Positions 13,400 to 28,343 of a stretch of DNA of 64,000 nucleotides are shown here, one piece after another; the stretch's first letter is position 1; every line of letters begins with the position of its first letter. Below the pieces are notes generated by a model, which was not told the origin of the DNA, did not search any database, and saw only the letters and a list, made by a program, of their open reading frames with translations. The DNA lies in NCBI GenBank assembly GCA_951406725.2, contig OX597819.1:82646001-82710000 (forward strand), read 5' to 3'. This stretch comes from Octopus vulgaris. Taxonomy: Eukaryota. The translations under genes were made by a program, and so were the position numbers.

Positions 13400-13950
13400 A
13401 ATGTTACTTGTGAGTAAGTATTGAGAGTATATTTTGAGAGGGAATTCTATAAGTCAGAAATTATTCATGAAGTATAGGAATTTGATGGTGATAGTGCTTT
13501 AAAATAAGCAATATTTGCATTCTGGGGTTATTGTTTGCCATTATCCTGTTAGATCCTTATTGAGAAGGAGATATTTGAATATCCTTAGAGTCATCATTGA
13601 TGAAAATATTGGATATAAGTAGGGATAAAAATATCGTATTTAAAAGAGCTGAAGGAATGGATAATTGTGTCAACTGAACAGAGTGACTGCTAACTTACAG
13701 ATCATTGATGAAGAGGAGAGAGTCTGGAAGATGAAGAAGTGAAAGTGGGTCTTGTGTCATGGAGAAATGAGGAATAGAGTTGAAAAAATTTTGAAAACTT
13801 TGGATTTAGGTGATTAGCTGAAAGCAAATCCATAATAGAGAGAGTTTGGTATGGATTTTAGGCAGGTTGTTTATGGAGTTTAAGTTCTGCTCCAGTTGTG
13901 TTTATTTAGACTGAGATACAAAATGGACAATGAAATCTCCAAATAATTAT
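13400..13950 (-). mobile_element. Highly decayed LINE reverse-transcriptase remnant
   Basis: The minus strand reads ...CTCCTCTTCATCAATGATCTG (LLFINDL), resembling the motif that precedes YADD in L2/CR1-type RTs. Otherwise heavily disrupted. Confidence 0.35.
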
Positions 13951-14049
13951 ATCTTGTAAATTCAACAACTGCCTCATTTGTAGTCATAAAATAGTTTATA
14001 AGCAGAGAATTACTGCAGTTGCTAGAGAAAAGGGCAAAATACTTTGTAG

Positions 14050-14135
14050 TATTTGCTGTGGCTCTTAATAGTCTAGATTCAAATCCTGCAAAGGCCAGCC
14101 TTGCCTTTTATACTCTGTGGAAAAATAAAATAATG
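14050..14135 (+). mobile_element. SINE family B fragment
   Basis: GATTCAAATCC (B box) followed by CCAGCCTTGCCTTTTATACTC...AAAAATAAAA. Confidence 0.5.
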
Positions 14136-15956
14136 CACCATTCCAGTGAAGTGGATTGGCAAAGTTGTGAAAGCTATAAGATAGTATCTTGTGATATCTG
14201 TTCTGGCTTTTGACAATAAATCCCTCTTTGCTTTCTTATCATTCTTGGGGACCATGAGAAAAACAAAGCATCATAAAGGTTGTCCTTCTTTCCCTCATCA
14301 AATGGTCAAAAATGTCGTTACAAAGTATTTTCAAGGTTTCTAAGAATGAGGAAATGATCTTTGATCAAATTATTAGAAGTATTTATATTTCATATCTACA
14401 AAATTGAGATTACCCATAGAATTATGAAATTTTGTCATACATTAAGGTGATTATTGTTGATTAAATAATAAAAAAATAAATTATAAATTGGTTAACTAAG
14501 CTGAGAAAAAGATGCAGTTGCTTATTTTGTCTGTTTCACTTGAATCATCCCTCTACACATATCTACATACACACATACTAAAGAAGAGCATGGAAGGAGA
14601 GGAAGAAAGAAGAACTGCCAACTTAGTATTATACTATAAACTAAAGAAGATGCTTGTAGACTGTTTCTTAGCTGTAATACTCAGATAGGTGAAAATAATC
14701 AAAGAAATATAAATAACTTGAAAGTTCCTAAGATGAGAATATATAAATTTTCTTGTTCCTAACTTATAATGAAACCTCATTTTAAACCATAATAAATTTT
14801 GTTTTCCTCTCCATTTTTGGTTGTTTATGATAAATATTATACTTCATGAATAAACTCTGTTTAAAGCTATACTGCTACCGGATCAAATTAATTTAAATTG
14901 ATTTTTCTAAATTCAATTTTTAACAACTTCTTTTTTCAATTTATGAAACTTTTTATTGTTTTTAGTGTTCTGATAATCATCAAAGCTTGTTTAATAATGT
15001 GTACCATTAACTGAAAATGTATCTTTAATAAAACTAAATACTTTATTAATAGTTGAATGAATGTTTAGCATATTTTCTAATAAAACATGAAACATTATCT
15101 TTAGCATTCTTTACAAAGGTTTTGTATTTTTAATTCTCAAGTAATTTAGTTTATTTCCCATCTGCTATCTTCATGTTCAAATAGTTGCTTCAACAAATAG
15201 ATCATCCTTTAGGTTTTTAAGTTTACTGCAAAGCAACTTGAAAAGAAACTAATTCTTTAAACTTTTTTTTTGGTGGGGAGGGGTTCAAAGAACTATTCAT
15301 CTGTTAAAATGTATTTGAAGAATAAACTTCCACCTTTGAACTCATTGATTGTAATAACTTAGATGCATTCCTCCTTTAATTTCACTCTTGCTCTGAATTT
15401 ACTCAAAAATCATTTCATATTCATACAGGTAAAATAAGAAAGAATTTGCTTTCTTCAATGATATAAACCAATTTAAGGTCTCACAAGAATGCAGGTCATT
15501 ACTCTCAATCTCAAAAAATTCTAACTTTTTACTCAATTATATAACATAGGACTGACATTGTATACCTGCTTCCTAATTTCTATTCATTACATAAGTCTAC
15601 TCAATTCTATGGGATCATTTTCATCCATCAAATTGCCTACATTATCTGAATATTGAACATTGCCTATTCTATTTTACTTCTCTTGAGAAACAAATGTTTC
15701 AAGGCTAAATTGTATCAACTCACAACAAAACAATTGTGAATTTTGCAGTAAAATTATCAAAGGCATAAAATGTGGTTTCATTCAATTTAAATATATTCTA
15801 TCCTCCATCAGTTTTAGCTTAGAATGTTGACATAAATCTTGAGAAACCATCATCAAATAATTAATCCCTGCTCCCTTCTCTCTCTTTCTCTCTACTGTCG
15901 ATATAATTAACCTCATCATTATTCCATTTCTATCATATTCCAACTCATACGATCTA

Positions 15957-15987
<31 letters not shown>

Positions 15988-16004
15988 GCATGATATTGGC
16001 ATTG

Positions 16005-16180
16005 TTTCTCATGTATACCATCTTCCCAAATCATGGCACAATTTAACTCACCACACGTCTATTTTTGATTCCTATGTCAGTATTTTCCAATGTCCCTTTG
16101 ATACACAGCTGCTTTCCTACCTCATTTTACTCAGTAATTTAGGCACCTTAGCGTAGTATGTTTGACCCTTTGCACTTAAT
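16005..16180 (-). mobile_element. Decayed RTE-like LINE C-terminal remnant
   Basis: The minus strand gives ...*FGKMVYMRN, resembling the RTE ORF2 C-terminal WFGH..RM motif. Weak. Confidence 0.3.
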
Positions 16181-17174
16181 GTGAAGTTGTATTACTATAG
16201 AGCATCACAACTTTATTTTCAGGAGGAATTACTGTTTCCTAAACTTCTTCCACTTCTATCAAACTCCATCCACTGGACTTGCTCTGCTCAGATTTTATTT
16301 AGGTACATTCATAAAGGAATGTTTATTAAGATACCAAAGGAATACATAGTTTTCACCTGTTATATGTTCATTAAGTTCATTACATCAGTGCATTTAAGGT
16401 ATTCAATGCTCCTCCTATTTTTCAATCTACCAGAAATTTGTACCCTTTGCTTGTCCTGAGAACATAATATCCATATTCTTCCTACTTTACATCTAAGTAG
16501 CAAGTGATTTGCCTGATGTCTTTGTGATCACTGTTACTAAAATCTTATTGTCTGTCGTGTCATCTTCAAATACATTGCCACTAGCCTACACTTTCAAGTT
16601 TCAAATATCTTCCTTTTATAGTTCTTTGATTGGTTCTACAATAAAAGCTAGCTTGTTGCTTTACAGAGATTTCACAGACATCCATTTCTGAACTATGATG
16701 ATGAATGGCATATAGGATTGAAGAAAAAAATCATCTGTAAATATTTCCCATAGACTTCCTTGCAGACCTCATTGCCAATCTTCACTCTTTATAGTATTCC
16801 TGAATGATTTCCAGGAGCAATTAACATAGATTTAGCTTATTCATTGTTCATCAGACTAAAAATATAAGAGCCTGGTGAAGGCTTCTTGCTTTTCAAGGGC
16901 TACTCTAAACTTGTGAAGAACAAATTTGGAATTAAAATGAGTGGATGCACATGCATATCCAAGTATTGAAAGATTGCAATCTTGACCTAGTTGAGATTTT
17001 TTATTCAGCTTCAATGCATTAAAAAATTGCTGCTTGTGCAGTAACTAAAGAGTCTAAGCCATCGAATGATTTATTCCGGATGATGAGATATGTAAACAAT
17101 TTATGTTGTGGAACGATAAAATATTAGTTCAAGGTTGGAAATGTATGTGTATCAACCTATTTATCTATACCAAT

Positions 17175-17415
17175 AACTATCTATCTATCTACCTATCTAT
17201 GTATATTTGTACATATGTGTACATATATATATATATATTTATATAATGTGTATATATACATATATATGTGTATATATGTATAATGTATATATATGCATAT
17301 ATATGTGTATATATATATATATAATGTGTATATATACATATAAAATAATGTGTATATATACATATATATGATGTATACATACATACATACATACATACAT
17401 ACATGCATATGTATA
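17175..17415. repeat. Compound microsatellite/minisatellite: (TATC)n, (TA)n, repeated ATAATGTGTATATATACATA unit, (CATA)n
   Basis: Read directly from the sequence. It is the source of the spurious ORFs at 17189-17453. Confidence 0.9.
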
Positions 17416-17666
17416 TTGGGTTGGTGCATAATTTTTGTGGCTTTTTTCAACAAATTTTATTCAACAAAAACAATAACAACATGTAACAAAAACATCTTTA
17501 AATGATTATTCTGGAGCATATTCACTATCTACTGCATTTACTGCTTCCTATTTGCTTGGCAGATGATCAAACTGTCATTTAAAGATGTCTTTGTTAAATA
17601 TTGTTATTGTTTTTGTTGAATAGAATTTGTTGAAAAAAAAGCCACAATAATTATGCACCAACCCAA
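17416..17666. mobile_element. Mariner-derived palindromic MITE (251 bp)
   Basis: TA flanks at 17414-15 and 17667-68. Ends are TTGGGTTGGTGCATAAT / ATTATGCACCAACCCAA (Hsmar1/cecropia-like TIR). Inverted arms of ~90 bp (17416-17505 and 17575-17666) surround a 69-bp spacer. Confidence 0.9.
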
Positions 17667-17714
17667 TATATACATACACACACACAAATATGTATGTATG
17701 TATATGTATATATC

Positions 17715-17925
17715 TATGTGTGTGTCTCTCCACACCACCACTTAACAACCAGTAATGATGTGCTTACATCACTGTAACTTAGCAGTTTGGCAAAAGAAAC
17801 CTATAGAATAAATACTAGGCTTCAAAAACTAAGTCCTAAGGTGAATTTTTTAAACTGAAACCATCAAAGTAATGCCCCAGCATGGCCACAGTCGAATGAC
17901 TGAAACAAGTAAAATGTAAATGATA
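17715..17925 (+). mobile_element. 3' half of SINE family A
   Basis: CTTAACAACC...TAACTTAGCAGTTTGGCAAAAGA...CAGCATGGCCACAGTCGAATGACTGAAACAAGTAAAA, homologous to 49850-50042. Confidence 0.8.
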
Positions 17926-20886
17926 AAAGATATATACAAACAAGCACACACACACACACATATTCAACACTTGGAATTATCTCCCCCAAAACAATCTCTG
18001 GTTCCATGTCATGAAACAAATCCAATATGTATCTTGTATATTTTGCAATAACTTTTCTTACAAGCATTTCCCCCTCTAGCATATCTTTTTTTGATACTTG
18101 TTGTAATTTAGTCCATCTATTCCAGTAATACGATAACATCTTCCTGAACAATCTATTGAGCCAAGAATGTAGTCTGTGTGAAAGCCTCTCATTTTGATGC
18201 TTTCAGTGTCCTGTAATTGTTTTGCTCACTATTCTCAACTCAGATGTACTGGTGCCATTTTTGTTCGCTACTGAGGCTAGATTTCCCCATCTTATTTATA
18301 CTGTTACTGTAATTGATCTATGTTTTTTGACTTTTCAATGTTGCTGAAACCAAGTATGCCATATTGATTTAGCCATACTATTCATTTGAATAATCTCGAT
18401 TCATTCCAATACAATGCCTCAAAATTCAAAACACTCCACGACCCTGGTCTTGTCATTTACAGAAGATTGGCAAACTTATATTCTTTGCATCTAGATATAG
18501 CTAATACTTGATTCTCTACATAGTCTCAAGGTAATCTTTTCTTTTACTTCTGTTCTTCTCATCATTCAATCTTGTTTCTTGTCTCTATTTTGTTCTATAA
18601 CATATCTGTCTTATTATCCAATTACTGTGCTCTCCATTACCTAGCTGAACAATTTGATAGCTACTCCATCTTTATACAAGACAATGGTTAGGTTTCCCTT
18701 AGCAATCTATAAATGTTCTTTACTGTATATGAGCTTTCTATCTCTGTCTCTTTATACATATAATTATATGCTATTCAAAGGCCTTCCTTATTGTAACATA
18801 TTACCTACTAAAAAGCACTCTCACCTATACACACCAGCCTCTCTCTTTCTTTCTCCAATTCTCTGTTTTATACAACATACAATAAGTCACATGTGTTTTC
18901 ACATCTTTGTTACTTGCATAATTTTACTTCTCATTGTTACCGCATTCATACAAGCAGAAATGTTTGAGGAAAAGAAAAATGGTGAGCATGCTTCATGATG
19001 ATCATGGTGTGCTAATGCAGCACTTATTTCACAAGCTTGTTTTATTAATGCAGTTTGTTTTATTTTTCCTTTGATACATATTTGATTTGACATTGGTTTC
19101 AAAGCTAGCTGCTCTTCCTATCACCAAACACAGTAAGTGTGTGAACTAGATGCTTTTTATTCTTTCATTGACATCATCAAGCTTTTAAGTGAATGCTTCT
19201 ACATTAAAATACTATTTTAAATTTCTAATTATTTTAGGAACGTGTAAAAACATGTAGCCAAGTTGTTATATTGGAAGGAAAAAAAAATTTTAATGTTATA
19301 ATTCTACAAGCATTTTACATTTAGTAATCTATATTCTCAATTTCATATTTTTTTCTAATAAAAATGAGATTACTTATCACATACCCAAGTTAGTGGTTAT
19401 AGATAATCTGACATTTTGTTGATTCCACTATAATTTGTAAAAGGATAAATCAGAACACATTATATTGTTTTAAATTGTTTAAAAACAATTGTTTTAAATG
19501 TAAATATTTTGTTGTTTAATTTAACTTCAACTCATAAAAAATAAATTAGTACTTAGAATAAATGTGATTTTTATAGAGTGAAAATATAATCCCAAATTTT
19601 CTGAAATTAATTTGATTCTTTTGACCAAATTTTATAAAGTCTCTCCGTAAAACTGACTAATTGTTACAGTAGAATGGATATATGGTAGAATGACTATAAA
19701 CTCCCTTCCTGAAATTTCAATATTAATTTTACAAAGTACCCACTACTATTTAAGACTTACTTTAATCCTAAGAGTTCTAAAACTGAACAGAGATTTTTAC
19801 AAGGCAGTTTTAAACTTTCATTACTAACTTTTCAGTTTGCATAACCCTTTTGCTACTGAAGTAAATATGATACTTATCATCTGAGCTAGTGATGCAAATT
19901 GTTATATTTTCCTTCTGACATTGAACATACGACTTTACATTTTCCAAATGAAAGTGTTATTTTAATGCATATTTTTCTTAAAATGGCAGCATTTCTGCAT
20001 TAATTTTGTTACTGTAGGCAGTGAATTTTGATTTTAGCATTGCTCTCAATTCTTCAATATTGATTTCATCTTAAATTAGTTTTGCCTTTAATTGAAATGC
20101 TTACGTTTTTGGATAAAACATGATGTTACTTGCTTTTTCTGGAAAGTGCTAAAAAAAACTCAAATGGTTATATGTTATGTAATACATTGCAACATTATAT
20201 ATATATATATATAATTTCAAATGGATATATTTATTCCAACGATTTTCCAAATATTTTTTATAATTAAAAATTATATTTCATGTATTTTTATGTACCTTTT
20301 GTATTTGAAGGTTTTCCTTAATGGAAAATGTTAAAAATAAAACTGCTGATCATGATGGTTGTTACTGCTATTTTTTTCTGGTCCATTATGCTTTCAAATG
20401 CTTTTGATGTTATAATTTGTTGACCTTTTAGCATAAAATTTTTATGCATTTTTTTTTTAAACTAATATATTTTAGATTATTAGCTATATGTTATTTAGTC
20501 CATAACAATCCCTTTAACAGTATAAACTAATATCTACTCACTTTTCTTAGGTTCAAGTTTTTGTTTCCTCTATACTATTAATCTATTTTCATTGTAATTT
20601 CAACTATTATAGATTAATTATGATTGAATTTGTTGAATCAATCAAACTTAAACCCACTTTGAACTTTAAAATTACCCATAACAATTTTATACACTTCAAT
20701 GTAAATTTTTTGTTTCCCATTCTTTTATTACAATACCTTATCACAATTCATTGTGAACACAATGAAAACATTCTATAGACACTCACAAAGACTTTTTTCT
20801 TTGTCACTATCAACACTTATTTCTGTATTGTTACTATTGGCAAAACAATTCAAGTTTTCTTTGCAACATTTTTTTTATATACTACA

Positions 20887-20925
<39 letters not shown>

Positions 20926-22586
20926 TTAATTGTATCACAAACATTTTGGTGCTAGTATGTAACTTCAACCTTCAGATAATTATTTCTGTCTAATTTCGAG
21001 AAAACCACAACACATAATTTTGTCAATATAGCATTAATAAGTCAATATTAAATTAATGCAGCTGTTTTTGTAGTTAGTCATCTTCAAATATTCTTTTGTA
21101 ATCTGGATGAAACAACACAAAAGATTTAATTATTCCTTTTATGAACTCATCTTTACAATTGATATCATTATCAGTTCGGTAAGCTTTTTTTTCAAAAATG
21201 GTACCAGTTACCTGATGGTGCTACACAATCTGTCTTCAAAATTGTTACTCAAAGAACATTGTTAGATATATTTCCAAATTCAACCCAGTTTAATATTAAG
21301 TCTTAACAATTTCCCAACATTTTAGCTTCTAGCTATGTTTGTATTACATACTTGGTTTCTTTTCTCTTTATTTATGAAATCTTCCTTTTGTTTTTGTTTG
21401 CTCTGAGCATTGCAGATGCTTATTTGTGTTGTTAATTCTTAATTTGTCTTAATCATATATCTTATCTCTTTGGACACTACCACTTTTTTATATTTCATAT
21501 ATATTAAAGAATAGATCTCTAATTTTATTTAACCCCTAAAATTTAAGTCTAGAAATTAAAAATGCAATATGGTGTTGTAAACAGTTTCATTAAAATAAAT
21601 CTTTTTAGGACAATTACATTTAAGTGTACCATCAGTGACAAAACTCAACACTTAAGAATATAAAGTGAAGAATAATGATACAGCAACATGATATACTCTA
21701 GCTAAGGAAATACATAAACACTTCATACTCCACTTTTTTTATCAACAAAAGAAAAAAAGTAATATTGTGACTTAGCAGTGGAGTACATAACTCACTAACA
21801 AAAGAATGATGTAGACTGAAGCCCATGTTTCCTAAAATAGTGTCTGGTAACTTATCTATTTCTGCTATTAATAGCAACATTATCTCTATAATTATAACAG
21901 CGACTCCAATACTAGAAATAATATCAATGATCGTTTTTTTTTGCTCTTTCTTACAAATGTTTCACCAAAAAAAAAATTACTGGCAGTTTGAATCATATTA
22001 TCTTTGTAGTTGACCTTAACTACTAATTCCATCCAAACTATCTAAGCAGCTTATGACTTTCACTTCATGACTTCTCCAGCTGCCAGTCACTTCTGAACAT
22101 CTGAGACATCAGAAGATTAGGCTCCATTTAGTCATTTTTACTCTATTTGTACCACACTTTCAAATTTTAAATTTTTTTGCAATCATTTTGCAGAATCTGC
22201 AATAAATTATATCCACTGTCTCATCTCTTTGTCTGCATCACCAAGAGAGACAGGATACTTAATCATCCTTAGCAAAAAAGTTTGACAGTACAATCTTCAT
22301 AATGTATCATGCCACAACCTGAACACAGTTTTTCAGTCAATATAAGCCACCAGGCACTTCAGCATACCTAAATACTCAAATTGTCAAATATTTACAGTTT
22401 TCACCAAACTGTACTATCCCTCTCAATAGAGATGCTAATTGAGAAATTTGAAATTTTGAAATTACTCCAAACTGAATATTCTGCACCCTCATCTGTAGAT
22501 ATATCTTCCATGGCAGCACTGTGTTTGTCTCAGGACTTTCAAAACCGATTTACAAGATATATAAGAGTTCAAATAAAAAAGGAAAA

Positions 22587-22740
22587 TTGTTGTTGCTGTT
22601 CTTAACATTGATTGATGGAACCAGTAATTAAATATATAAGAAGGACAAATCCTACATACTTAGTAAGGTGAGATTTAAGGAAGACTTAGTTGCTATTTTT
22701 AGCAGATTGAAAAACCATATAGAGGATCTAGTGTGATTCT
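22587..22740 (-). mobile_element. Family C repeat fragment
   Basis: (TGT)n tail and GGTGAGATTTAAGGAAGACTTAGTTGCTATTTTTAGCAG, reverse-homologous to 51090-51292. Confidence 0.45.
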
Positions 22741-24825
22741 TGTACATCATTGACATTCTACCTATTTGCAACCTTTCATGAACAATGGCATGGCATCACT
22801 ATTTTTTTAAAGTAATTTTCATCAGCTGAATTATAACAGTTGTCTCAGTTTCTTGTTATTTTTAGATCCAGACTGAAACAGATACTAATAAATATCTACA
22901 CGCACAATTGGTAACAAAAGTGAAATTAAGTTTTTGTAGCTTTAATGTGGAATTCCATTTTTAAGAGACAAATATTTCAAATTGACTTTAAGGCATTAAA
23001 AGCTTGAACTTTATCCCTAAATATATTTGATAGATTAATATGGTATTTGTACTCTCTCTAAAAAATATTCTTGTAAAATTAGTGAAGGAGCAATTTCTAA
23101 TTTTGTGGAAGACTTCTTCAAACTGTGGAGTTTGTCTACTGCAGGCTACCTCTGCAAAATGATCTTAATATAAGTCTAAAAATGTGATGGCATGTCAAAA
23201 AAAAGAGAGAAAATTTAATGTTCTAGATTGGAAAGAAGTACCTGGTTTGTATGGTAAATGATTTACCAGAGTATATTCTTCTCAAGGTGTAGTGCTAATA
23301 TATACGAAAATAGCTTTAAACATGAAGCAATGTATTTTAATAATTTCCAGATCAAGAGTTATGAATGATTTTAAAATACATGCTAACAAAATATCAAAAT
23401 ATTTATCTTTAAAATATATCTTTCAGAATACCCAAAAAAAAAAAAAATAATAATAATAATAAAACCCCCCAAATTTAAAATGAATTGATTCACTTTGTCA
23501 CATATTTCCCATTATCAGATTTATTTTAAAATCTGCATAGCTGCGACAGCCTCAATTCTACAATAATTTTTTAAGCGAGAAATTAATCTCATCTTTACTC
23601 TATCATATATATATATCTTGACTCACTTTTTATGTCCTCTTTGTTCTGATTAAGAAAATATTTACAATATTTATATAAAAATGTTGTTCAAAAATATATC
23701 ACCTTAGTCACTCATGAAATTTATGTGTTAACCAATCAAACCTGTCAAGATTTTTTTTTGTATTTTCAATGTTATTTTTTAAATGTGTTCTGCTTTTTCA
23801 ACAAATTTATATCCTCTATACTTTTTATTATTAACCATTTATTTATGAGTCAGCTTCCTAATTCTTTTATATGTTCATCTTTAAATTTGAATTTTATTTT
23901 TTTATTTTGATTCTTCTTTTCAGTTTTCATCACAATATGTATTTTGGAATTTTTGTAAGCCATTGTATTTTTTACATTAAACATTAGGTATAGAATTACA
24001 TAAAATTTTATGATTTTGGAAGTTTTACATTTTTATAAATTCTATAACATAAAATAGTGTTTAACTTTAGCTTTCTTTAAAGAATCTTCAAAGTGTACAG
24101 CATAAAAAAAAATGAGTGGAATTATTTTGATTTAAAATGGCTGCTCTTTATGGTTTTAAACTTTCTCGGGGTGAACAACTGAAATCAAATGAGATTTATA
24201 GATAAAATAACTGCTCACATCACCATATGCTCCATTTTTATCCTTGCCAAAGATATATATTCATTTACCACTTTTATATTTGTAGTTTTGTTATATCTAG
24301 AATAGCAGTTTGTTTTCAAAATTTTTCTAAAAATATCTTGAAGTATTAAAGTCTAGCAAATTAGTTTATAACTGCAACTTAATAGCCCCACATCTTCAAA
24401 ATGTAATATTTTCTACAGTAAAATATGATTAAAGAGAATTTCTGAAATATTTTTCATAGGGGGATAGAAAAATATCTAAGTTTCTTTTACTTATGTTAAA
24501 CATTTCATGTCTTTTGAAAATGAGAAAATATATCTTGCTCAGGATTTGTGGAAGTAGTGACGTGTTGCTAATTGAAAATGCATTTCCATTTACTTTTAGT
24601 TAAATAAATAATGGCTTTAGAAAAAGTCTAACTTAGGAACTTATTGATTCATGTACAATTTTGTGACTTGCATGCTCTTGGGAAATATTTCTTAACCATT
24701 GATTTTTCAACTGTTCTCTTTTCTCTAGTCATAGAATTCATAAAGCTTCGGTGCAGTTTTCATGAGATCTATGCCAGAAAAATTGTCAAATTTAGATTGT
24801 CCAATACTGAAAATGTTACCATTAT

Positions 24826-24828
<3 letters not shown>

Positions 24829-24880
<52 letters not shown>

Positions 24881-24907
24881 GGAGAATGTAATCTTACATG
24901 CGTATAA

Positions 24908-24960
<53 letters not shown>

Positions 24961-25010
24961 TGTGAATAAACACATGCACATACTATATATATAGTATGTG
25001 TGTGTGTGAA
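24829..25010. repeat. (AAT)n, (TA)n and (TG)n microsatellites
   Basis: About 17 AAT units at 24829-24880 and a TA tract at 24912-24957. Confidence 0.95.
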
Positions 25011-25241
25011 TAGAGAAAAGTAATATTTCTAAATTTGAAAAGGATTCATTCATATCACTTTTATTAACAATGATGTATTGTCAATAATTGTGACACTGAG
25101 CAGAAACTAAGGGGGAAGAAAGAAATTTTATTCTTTTATTCTCTAAATTAGAAAGATGGAAACTAGAATTTTAAATATATATATATATAGTTTAAGTCAT
25201 GCATATACACACACATACACCTGTACAAATGCATATATGTG

Positions 25242-25292
<51 letters not shown>

Positions 25293-26475
25293 ATGTGTAC
25301 ATGTATATATATATGGAGATAATATTCTGAGTAATCAAATAAAACTAACCAGTGAAAAAATAGTGTATAAAGGTGACACAAGTTAAAACAAAATGCATAA
25401 TTATAAATTTTCCTGTCATTATATGTGATATGATATATATGGCAAATGGATAATAAAATGAAGTTGTTTATGGAGAGATTGCACATGAAGTAACTTTACA
25501 TGTATACACAGTAGGAATAGCATTTCTTGTGATAAGTTATTGTATATTCTCAAACAGCATTTAAATTAACAGAAACAAAGCTTGTAATGCAGAAATAAAT
25601 TGTGAAGATGTATTGCATGCGAGGTAAAGGTAAAAATACAAGTATATTGCATGCTTTACTTCAGTATATTGTATATGATATAGGTTAGATCTAAATTGGA
25701 AGCATATATTATTTCTGATGTGTAATGAAAAATTATTGTTTCACTTAAATTCTACATTCAATGATTTAATTTAAATAAATAATACTTAAGTTAATGAATT
25801 TAGAAAATGATTATTGTTCCAAAACAAGTGGGTAAAGCAGCTATTAAGAATCTATTACAGGAATAATCTTAGGGAGTAACATGTCTCTGTGTCTTTCCCA
25901 TGTATATAATGTTCTATTCCTTGAATGCTAAAATATGATGGTATTTTTTGTTAATTATCATATAAGGTCATCACCATCGTTTTAGCATCCTCCTTTCCAT
26001 GCTTGCATAGGTAAGACAAGGTATGCTAATAAAATTCTAATAATAATAATAATAATAAGCAAATTTATATATATTATATATATTTCATTGATCTATAAGC
26101 AACTACTGAATAGTAAATCTCTGTCTGTTTGCAACTCTTAAAGTTGCTTTGGTGCCTGTGTACTACAGAAATGGGGAAAAAGATTAAAATGGAAGTGTCT
26201 TCTGGGAATAAAACCTATTCACCTTTGTTGACAAGCAGTGTGTTGCTTCTTTACCATAAAGCTTTTGACAATACTAGCTGTTATTTTAGCACCCTTCTAT
26301 ATACATACTAATCTCAAAGTTGTGGATTTATTTCTATACATGCATGCTATTTAGCCTCCTGCCAGTCTCAATCAAACATAACTATGATCAAAGACCATCC
26401 AGTCTTTTTGTATATCAAGGCCTTTTTCTGAATCATGCCAATATGCGTACATGTTTTGTATATCTTTTGTACATA

Positions 26476-26633
26476 AGTATGGCTGTGTGGTTAAGAAGCA
26501 CACTTTGGAATCATGACGTTTTGGGTTCAACCACACCATATGGCATCTTGAGCAAGTATCTTCTATTATAGCCCCAGGTCAACCAAAGATTTGTAAGTAA
26601 ATTTCAGAGATGAAAATTGTGTGGAAGCTTGTC

Positions 26634-26682
<49 letters not shown>

Positions 26683-26910
26683 GGTATATCTTTGTGCCTG
26701 TGTTTGTTCATCCATCCCACCACTTGACAACTGATGATGGTCTGTTTATGGTCCCATAATTTAACAGTTGAGCAAAAGATACCATTAGAATAAGTACCAA
26801 ACTTCAAACAATAAGTACTGGGGTTAATCTGTTTGACAAAATCCCTTGTCGGTGGACCCCAGCAGGTGTAGGTGCTACAGTCCATTGACTGTAATAAGTG
26901 AGAAATAAAA
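26476..26910 (+). mobile_element. tRNA-derived SINE family A with internal (TG)n
   Basis: A box TGGCTGTGTGG, B box GGGTTCAACC, CORE-like GGCATCTTGAGCAAGTATCTTC, internal TG tract 26636-26680, and a tail ending TAAGTGAGAAATAAAAG. Confidence 0.85.
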
Positions 26911-28343
26911 GTTATATAGTTATAATTCCAAAACTAGAAATGAAACAAAATTAATTTGCATCCTAATCACTCAGTTTTTAACAATTCTCCTGTCTTTATA
27001 TATTGGCACAAAATACTGTTTAAAAAACACAAGCATGAGTAAAAATTAAATATTAAATAAATCAAATGTCACTTAGATATGTTTTCAAATGTAAAAGTTT
27101 ATATAATTTCAAGTACTTTTTACTTAAAAATTGATTGCCATAGCCTATAGTAGGCAAAAAAAGGAAAGCTAATTGATTTTAGTGCCATTAATGTCTTATT
27201 GGAATGAATGCAGTGCTATTAACATTTTATTTGATTTGCTAACAGCTGGTAGCTACTAAGAACACTTGAACTGAAAATAAAATCCAAATGGGAGAAATAG
27301 TTTATAAACTCTGTAATAGAAAGACTAAAAAAGTGAAGGCAACAAATTGATGCAGTGAGTTATTAAAAGGCTAGAATGGCTCATGTACAATGCAGTTGCT
27401 TCATTTTTGATATACCATCTCAGATCAAGTCACTTGCTAGACATGTACAACTTCAAAGTTAATTTGGTTGTATTGAAGTCAGTACATATAATGGAACAAG
27501 AAACATTAACAACTTAGGTTTAACTCTCCTCTGATGTAAATGTAAATTAATGAACTGTAAAATTAGCTTGTAATGTAGAAAAATTTTTTCATGTCAAATG
27601 ATTTTAAACTGATATAGAAAATGTCTCTGGAGCAGAATGGCAACAGAAAATGATTAAGTCTTGGATGCAGGAATTAGAGAAGAAATTAAATGCAGCTGTT
27701 GCAATAAAATGACATGTATAGAATGCTGGAAGTTTTCAACAACTAATCCGTAATTAAATCAGTATGATCAACCAGTATTTGAAAAATATCCACTCTGTCT
27801 AATTGGAACTGGAAGTGAGTCTCATGTAAGTAAAATCTTTAGGTTACTGGCAGGTGGAAAGATATTTTGATAATTCTTGTCTTGGTGGCTTTCTAAAAGA
27901 TATGTGATATAATGCATGGATCAAAACTGTAATGCTATGACATTGAGTCACACAATATTGGGCTTGCAATTACAAAAGATGAGAATAATTCAGTGGCTTT
28001 ATTGAATATTGAACATAAATTTAAGTGAGATTTTTTCAGTGCAAATGAATTGGGAAAGTAAATATAAAAATGGATGATTCATGCGACATTTTAGTAAGAT
28101 TTTAGTAGACAAAATAAAATCAGGCTAAAAATAAAAGAAATTTGAGTTGAGGCAATTTATATAGATCTTAGTTGTTTTTGAGTATTGCATTTGAAATAAT
28201 GTAGGATTAAGATATAGATCTATCTAACCAAAGCCAACTTGTAAAAGTGTTCTACATTGATGTTGATGATGAAATAACAATAACAACAGTAATAAAAGCA
28301 GCGACAAGATTAGCAGTTGTTAACTTAAATGTAGAAATTTGTA

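Noticed and set aside
17864-18560. 95-aa minus-strand ORF and adjacent sequence as a host exon
   Set aside because: Non-ATG start, it runs into a microsatellite and SINE, and has no recognisable domain. It may be an old LINE remnant but I could not assign it.
22855-22880. TTTTAG|ATCCAG as a candidate agrin exon 2 acceptor (D-P-)
   Set aside because: The frame gives D-P-D-stop and has no cysteine pattern.
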